Shown piece by piece: positions 18,767 to 23,185 of a DNA stretch of 23,185 nucleotides. Position numbers and translations under genes: made by a program. Under the pieces are notes generated by a model that had not been told where the DNA came from, searched no databases, and saw only the letters and a list, made by a program, of their open reading frames with translations. The stretch comes from Patescibacteria group bacterium (GTDB lineage: Bacteria; Patescibacteriota; Minisyncoccia; Phycocordibacterales; JBBUBG01): NCBI GenBank assembly GCA_040384765.1, contig JAZKIQ010000006.1:20223-43407 (forward strand). The letters are read 5' to 3'. Numbering within the stretch: position 1 is the first letter of the stretch; every line of letters begins with the position of its first letter.

Positions 18767-18833
18767 AGGCCTAGCGCTTTGCGTGTTTCTCCTGCTGCAC
18801 ACAGGAGAAACACGACTTATCTGGGCTAGGCCT
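18767..18833 (-). terminator. Long interrupted terminator hairpin after the 146-aa ORF
   Basis: AGGCCTAGC/GCTAGGCCT and CGTGTTTCTCCTG/CAGGAGAAACACG stems, followed on the minus strand by TTTTCTTTT. Confidence 0.75.
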
Positions 18834-18843
18834 ATCACCACCT

Positions 18844-19284
18844 TTATCTGTGTGCGGAAGACACGTTGTTCCCAGCTCTCCTCGTTCGAGGCAAGCTGGT
18901 CTCGCGAAAGCGATAGTATCGATCGATCGCGAGCAGGGTCTGGATGCGTACTTCGTCGGGCGTATAGCGTGGCAGCACGCCAACCGGAACAATGCCCATT
19001 CGGAAGAACATCTCCTCCCGAACAGCACTTATCCTCCGGGCTTTTATCTGAATCCGGATCGGGACTCCGATCGCCGTCAGGATGACAGCATCGGTCTTCT
19101 CCCTCTCATCCTCGTAGCGCGTGCCAGGGCGCACTTCGACGAGCCAGCGAGGCTTCCATCGATAGTTGTGCCATGCGGCAATAAACATCCGCTCAGCAGT
19201 GTTGCCCTTTTCACGGCCGCGCTCTCCCTGTTCGCGGAGGTGCGCCGCATGACTTTCGTAAGGCGTTCGCCTTTCTTTTCTCAC
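18844..19284 (-). CDS. Small basic protein, putative PD-(D/E)XK nuclease fold
   Basis: GNTAE helix, TDAVI and IQIK pattern; GTG start with AGGGGG upstream; own promoter and terminator. Confidence 0.65.
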   Translation of the reverse strand: MRKERRTPYESHAAHLREQGERGREKGNTAERMFIAAWHNYRWKPRWLVEVRPGTRYEDEREKTDAVILTAIGVPIRIQIKARRISAVREEMFFRMGIVPVGVLPRYTPDEVRIQTLLAIDRYYRFRETSLPRTRRAGNNVSSAHR

Positions 19285-19307
19285 CGCGCACCCCCTTCTC
19301 TTACAGC

Positions 19308-19335
19308 ATTATGCTGATTTTTTGCTGTATGTCAA
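19308..19335 (-). promoter_or_regulatory. Putative sigma70 promoter for the 146-aa ORF
   Basis: TTGACA-N16-CATAAT. Confidence 0.65.
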
Positions 19336-19364
19336 CCTCATCCCAAAGGCCTTAGCCTCACTTG

Positions 19365-19646
19365 TTATGAATCTCCCTTTACCATCTCACCAACCACAAA
19401 TAGACAACCACATTCTCCGACCTTCGCCGTGTGTTCTACTCCCACAGGTACATCAAACCTTTCACCTTCTTTGAGATGGAAAGTTGTATCTGGCAAACAA
19501 AACTCAAGATCTCCTGAAACAACATAGAAGGTAACCCTATCTTTATGTGCGTGTTTTTCGTAGACAAACCCTGGTTCGTCGCTCCATTCATATATATGAT
19601 TAAAGCCTTCTTTTTGAAGAATCTCTTTGTAGTTTTCTAGGGACAT
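19365..19646 (-). CDS. Cupin-domain protein, 93 aa
   Basis: HAH...YVVSG...GERFDVPVGVEH cupin motifs; ATG 1 bp after the gatB stop. Confidence 0.88.
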   Translation of the reverse strand: MSLENYKEILQKEGFNHIYEWSDEPGFVYEKHAHKDRVTFYVVSGDLEFCLPDTTFHLKEGERFDVPVGVEHTAKVGECGCLFVVGEMVKGDS

Positions 19647-19647
19647 C

Positions 19648-21057
19648 TTAAGAAAGCTTCTTCTCAAAAATCTCCTTGAGCATTCCTGGGTTGGCACTTC
19701 CTTTTGAGAGCTTCATGCCTTGGCCGATGAGGAACTGAAGGGAGGCGGCTTTGCCGGCTTTATATTCGGCGAATACAGCAGCGTTTGTTGCGATCACTTC
19801 ATCAACAATCTTTTCAATAGCTCCTGCATCACTCTTCTGGAAGAGGCCATGCTCCTCGGCAATTGTCTTTGGATCGCGTGAATCTTTTGCCATAAGGGCG
19901 AGGAGATCCTTTGCACCACGACTTCCAATCTCGCCCATCTTCACGAGCCGCACAAGGTCTGCGATATACACGGGGTTGAACGCCGCAGTCGTAACACCGA
20001 CTGTTTTCGTGAGCGCAGCAATATCGGTAGTGATGTAGTTTGAAGCAAGCGCCGAAAGCTCTTTGTCGTTCTTGAGCGCCTCTGCAACATGCTCGAAAAA
20101 AGTGCCGGCCTGCTCGTCGTTTACAAAAATCTCCACAGCTTCAGCGCGCAAGCCAAACTCGCGAGAAAGGCGCTCTCGCCGCTCCCATGGAAGCTCAGGC
20201 AGGGTTGCTTTGATATTTTTAAACTCTTCGATCTCATTCACTTTGAGCTTCGGCAGATCAGGATCAGGAAAATAGCGGTAGTCGAAAGCGTTCTCTTTGG
20301 TCCGCTGGCTAAAGGTTTTCTGCTTCACGTCGTCCCAGCCGCGCGTCTCCTGCGCGATGGTGCCACCCGACTCGAGCACCTCCTCGTGTCGCTTGAGCTC
20401 ATATTCGATAGCCCGCTCCACAGCACTGAATGAGTTGATGTTTTTTACCTCAACTTTCGTGCCAAACTTATTGGGATCTTTCGAGATAGAGATGTTCGCC
20501 TCTACGCGCATCTCCCCCTTTTCCATATTCGCTTCTGAGGCCCCGAGATAGCGCAAAAGAAGCTGTAGCTCACGGGCAAACGCGCCGGCGGTTTTTGAAT
20601 CATGAATAACCGGCTCGGTGACAAGCTCCATCAAGGGCACACCCGCGCGGTTGTAGTCGATGAGACTCTGCGTACCCTCGTGCTGCGAGCGAGCGGTGTC
20701 CTCTTCGAGGTGAATGCGCGTAAGTGCAACGCCGTTTAGTGTGCCTCCCGAAATAAGCGGATATTTGTACTGGCTGATCTGATACCCCTTTGGAATATCT
20801 GGGTAGAAATAGTTTTTGCGGTCGAACTCGGTAAAGTCAGCGATCGATCCCCCGACAGCAGTACCCACGCGAAGCACGTGCCGCACCGCCGCCTTGTTGA
20901 TCACCGGCAATGTGCCAGGATGCGCCATACAGACTGGGCAGATGTTTACGTTCGGCTCTTTTTCATCAGGGTCGTTCTTAGAGCGGCAAAACATCTTTGT
21001 CGCAGTCGCGAGCTCAGCGTGCACTTCGAGACCGATTGTCGGGAAATAGTCAGACAT
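19648..21057 (-). CDS. gatB: Asp-tRNA(Asn)/Glu-tRNA(Gln) amidotransferase subunit B
   Basis: IGLEVHAEL, FDRKNYFYPD, HLEED, DYNRAGVPLMELVTEP and DYRYFPDPDL. Confidence 0.98.
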   Translation of the reverse strand: MSDYFPTIGLEVHAELATATKMFCRSKNDPDEKEPNVNICPVCMAHPGTLPVINKAAVRHVLRVGTAVGGSIADFTEFDRKNYFYPDIPKGYQISQYKYPLISGGTLNGVALTRIHLEEDTARSQHEGTQSLIDYNRAGVPLMELVTEPVIHDSKTAGAFARELQLLLRYLGASEANMEKGEMRVEANISISKDPNKFGTKVEVKNINSFSAVERAIEYELKRHEEVLESGGTIAQETRGWDDVKQKTFSQRTKENAFDYRYFPDPDLPKLKVNEIEEFKNIKATLPELPWERRERLSREFGLRAEAVEIFVNDEQAGTFFEHVAEALKNDKELSALASNYITTDIAALTKTVGVTTAAFNPVYIADLVRLVKMGEIGSRGAKDLLALMAKDSRDPKTIAEEHGLFQKSDAGAIEKIVDEVIATNAAVFAEYKAGKAASLQFLIGQGMKLSKGSANPGMLKEIFEKKLS

Positions 21058-22004
21058 TAAAAGCCAATATAACGTATTTCCTCCTCGAGCGCGATATTGT
21101 ATTTCTCCTTCACCAACACCTTTAATTTTTCCGCCAAGCTACGCACATCCTCCGCCATAGCATCCCCTTCGTTCCAGATTAGGTTGCCATGAAACTCCGC
21201 CACTCGAGCAGCTCCTACCGAGAGGCCGCGCGCGCCGACTGTTTCGAGGAGATAGCCTGTAGGGATCTTGCCATCGATTATTTTTGTCTCGTCGATGAGA
21301 GCAAGCGTCTCCGGAGATACCGTAGAAACGAGCACATTCTTAAAATAGCTCCCTGGGCATGCGAGACCCGGAATATATTTTTTCTCTCGCGTAGTGATAA
21401 TGGTACGCGCCTTTGCCTTGAGCTCTGCAGCTTTTCCTACCTCGAGCCGAAATCGCACCGAAAGGAGTACCCACGCACGCTCTCGCTTAAAAATACTGTT
21501 GCGATAGGCAAACTCACACTCATCTTTTGAGATCGTCCGAATTTTTTCACCATCGAATATACGCACCCCTTCGATTGGCCCAGAGATCGACTGGCCATAG
21601 GCGCCCGCATTGCCCACCACCGCTCCTCCCACCGTACCCGGGATCCCAGAAAGAGATTCGAGACCCTCGAGGCCACGGCCGGTGAGGTGCGTGATCAGGG
21701 CACCAAGCGACACCCCGGCATCGCACTCCATGCGCACCCCGCCGAGCTCACGCATCCCTCCGTAGGTAATACGCACCACGAGCCCTGCGACCCCGCCATC
21801 GCTCACCACGAGGTTGCTCCCACCCGCGATCACCGTAACGGGTATCCCTTTTTCTTGCGCAAAGCGGATCACTCGTGCGAGCTCTGCGTCATTTTTTGGT
21901 TCGAAGAAAAACTCGGCAGGGCCGCCAATTTTGAAGGTGGTATAGGGGGCAAGCGGGATATCTTGCCACACCTCAGGGAACTCTTTTGAGAGCATGTCAA
22001 ACAT
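21057..22004 (-). CDS. murB: UDP-N-acetylenolpyruvoylglucosamine reductase
   Basis: TTFKIGGPA, GGSN, GIPGTVGGAVVGNAGAYG, YRNS and GSYFKN; TAATG coupling to gatB. Confidence 0.96.
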   Translation of the reverse strand: MFDMLSKEFPEVWQDIPLAPYTTFKIGGPAEFFFEPKNDAELARVIRFAQEKGIPVTVIAGGSNLVVSDGGVAGLVVRITYGGMRELGGVRMECDAGVSLGALITHLTGRGLEGLESLSGIPGTVGGAVVGNAGAYGQSISGPIEGVRIFDGEKIRTISKDECEFAYRNSIFKRERAWVLLSVRFRLEVGKAAELKAKARTIITTREKKYIPGLACPGSYFKNVLVSTVSPETLALIDETKIIDGKIPTGYLLETVGARGLSVGAARVAEFHGNLIWNEGDAMAEDVRSLAEKLKVLVKEKYNIALEEEIRYIGF

Positions 22005-22020
22005 ACTGGCACTCTAACGC

Positions 22021-22046
22021 AAAAGCCGCCGTTTGGAAACGACGGC
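22021..22046 (-). terminator. Intrinsic terminator upstream of murB
   Basis: Minus strand GCCGTCGTTT-CC-AAACGGCGGC-TTTT; the mismatch is a G-U pair only on this strand. Confidence 0.6.
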
Positions 22047-22061
22047 CACAAACGAGAACGA

Positions 22062-22172
22062 CTAGATCCATCCGAGAGACCTATGGTGAAGCGCCATCGC
22101 AAAAATGATGATGGCAGTAAACAAAACGAGCAGCACAATATCTTTCTTTGACACAGCTGTATCGTTAGCCAA
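22062..22172 (-). CDS. Possible single-TM micro-protein, about 36 aa
   Basis: TTG start shortly after the upstream stop; MANDTAVSKKDIVLLVLFTAIIIFAMALHHRSLGWI; start uncertain. Confidence 0.4.
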   Translation of the reverse strand: MANDTAVSKKDIVLLVLFTAIIIFAMALHHRSLGWI

Positions 22173-22180
22173 AAAAATCC

Positions 22181-22426
22181 CTACTTTGCGGTCGTGCGCT
22201 TGCGGGGTGCTGTCTCGCTCGTGACGTACTTGAGCAATGCAAGGATCGCAAGGATCATAAGCACCCAAAGCATGGTCAGCGTAATCCAGATGAAGAGATT
22301 GCTCCCTGTCGACTGCGCGTCCGCATAGTCTGAAGCCGAGCCAGCGTACAGATTGGCTTCGAGATCGCTTGAGGCAACCGGCAGCACCGCTTCCTCGATT
22401 GTGTTTTGTTGTACTTCGTTCGTCAT
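22181..22426 (-). CDS. Small single-TM membrane protein, 81 aa
   Basis: Acidic N-terminus, hydrophobic LFIWITLTMLWVLMILAILALL, basic tail; TGnTACAAT 9 nt before ATG 22426. Confidence 0.7.
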   Translation of the reverse strand: MTNEVQQNTIEEAVLPVASSDLEANLYAGSASDYADAQSTGSNLFIWITLTMLWVLMILAILALLKYVTSETAPRKRTTAK

Positions 22427-22557
22427 GATGGATCTATTGTAACAGAGATGTAAGACGCGCAACCTTTTTTGAAGCACAAAGTGTGGAAAAGCCCGTTAGA
22501 AGCTGCTGTGACATACCGCACCGCAGAAAAATAAAAGATGCTTCTAATGGGCAAAAC

Positions 22558-22589
22558 AAAAAAGCACCGACTTTCGTCGGCGCTTTTTT
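22558..22589 (-). terminator. Intrinsic terminator
   Basis: Minus strand GCGCCGAC-GAAA-GTCGGTGC-TTTTTT, just after the stop at 22601. Confidence 0.85.
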
Positions 22590-22600
22590 ATTGGAGAAAA

Positions 22601-22987
22601 CTACATCATCATCTCCTTGCGGGATGCAGCCCAGAAAGCCCATACGGCAACTACTATGTGAAGTAGGTTGTCGAAGAGTTCGAGGTTTGCAACGCCGTAG
22701 TAGTTCATTGCCCCTACCTGAGTTGGAGCAAGAGTGAATCCGACGAGGCCAAAGTACAGTGCAACGAGGCCAACGATAACCGTGAGCCACTTGCGAGCAC
22801 CTCCGCCAAGCGTGTATGCCGCAATGAGAGCGACAATACCAAGGACCACATGAGCGATGTTTTCACCTGAGGTGAGCCAGACCATAAGGTCGAGCGGACC
22901 GCCAGTTGGTGTTCCCGTAAGATATCCGAGGATACCCAAGAGGAGAAGCACAACACCACCTACTACCAAAAATTGCTTAGGATTCAT
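22601..22987 (-). CDS. Four-TM membrane protein, DUF4383-like, 128 aa
   Basis: Paired ENIAH..LG and DNLLH motifs; start reset to ATG 22987; family recalled from motif pattern only. Confidence 0.75.
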   Translation of the reverse strand: MNPKQFLVVGGVVLLLLGILGYLTGTPTGGPLDLMVWLTSGENIAHVVLGIVALIAAYTLGGGARKWLTVIVGLVALYFGLVGFTLAPTQVGAMNYYGVANLELFDNLLHIVVAVWAFWAASRKEMMM

Positions 22988-23154
22988 ATGTTGTAACAAG
23001 ATGTGCTTTCGTGGTTTATATCTTGGAGCCCTCCCAAAACGAAGTTCGGGGAAAGTCTCCGGTCCATCGCTTCCATCTGAAAAACGACGGATCGACCTTT
23101 CATTCTGGAAAAAAGTATAGCACGGCAATAGACGAGGGAAAGTGCGTTATCAAC

Positions 23155-23185
23155 AAACAAAAAACGACCCGCCGAAGCGGGTCGT
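23155..23185 (-). terminator. Intrinsic terminator of an upstream gene outside the window
   Basis: Minus strand ACGACCCGC-TTCG-GCGGGTCGT-TTTTT. Confidence 0.8.

Overview
Bacterial chromosomal window, most consistent with a Patescibacteria/CPR (Parcubacteria-like) genome; this is an inference from the missing rpmD, SD-poor starts and the groES<>secG-SBP-rnj arrangement. It holds the distal half of a split spc operon (rpsN-rpsH-rplF-rplR-rpsE-rplO-secY, an inserted orphan, partial adk), groES-groEL, secG, an orphan family-5 solute-binding protein, RNase J, a Nudix hydrolase, an MFS transporter, a UvrD-like helicase-nuclease fusion, a small PD-(D/E)XK-like protein, a cupin, gatB, murB and small membrane proteins. 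Most notable: (1) a GC-rich two-gene orphan locus where rplE would normally sit, each gene with its own promoter, structured leader, SD and terminator, one leader carrying an rrn boxA-like motif; (2) two diverged copies of a 150-165 nt rod-like hairpin with conserved internal loops directly 3' of secY and groEL; (3) repeated -10-box-then-ATG (leaderless) starts; (4) no TGA among 25 stop codons. All calls were made by eye; no database searches or folding programs were run.
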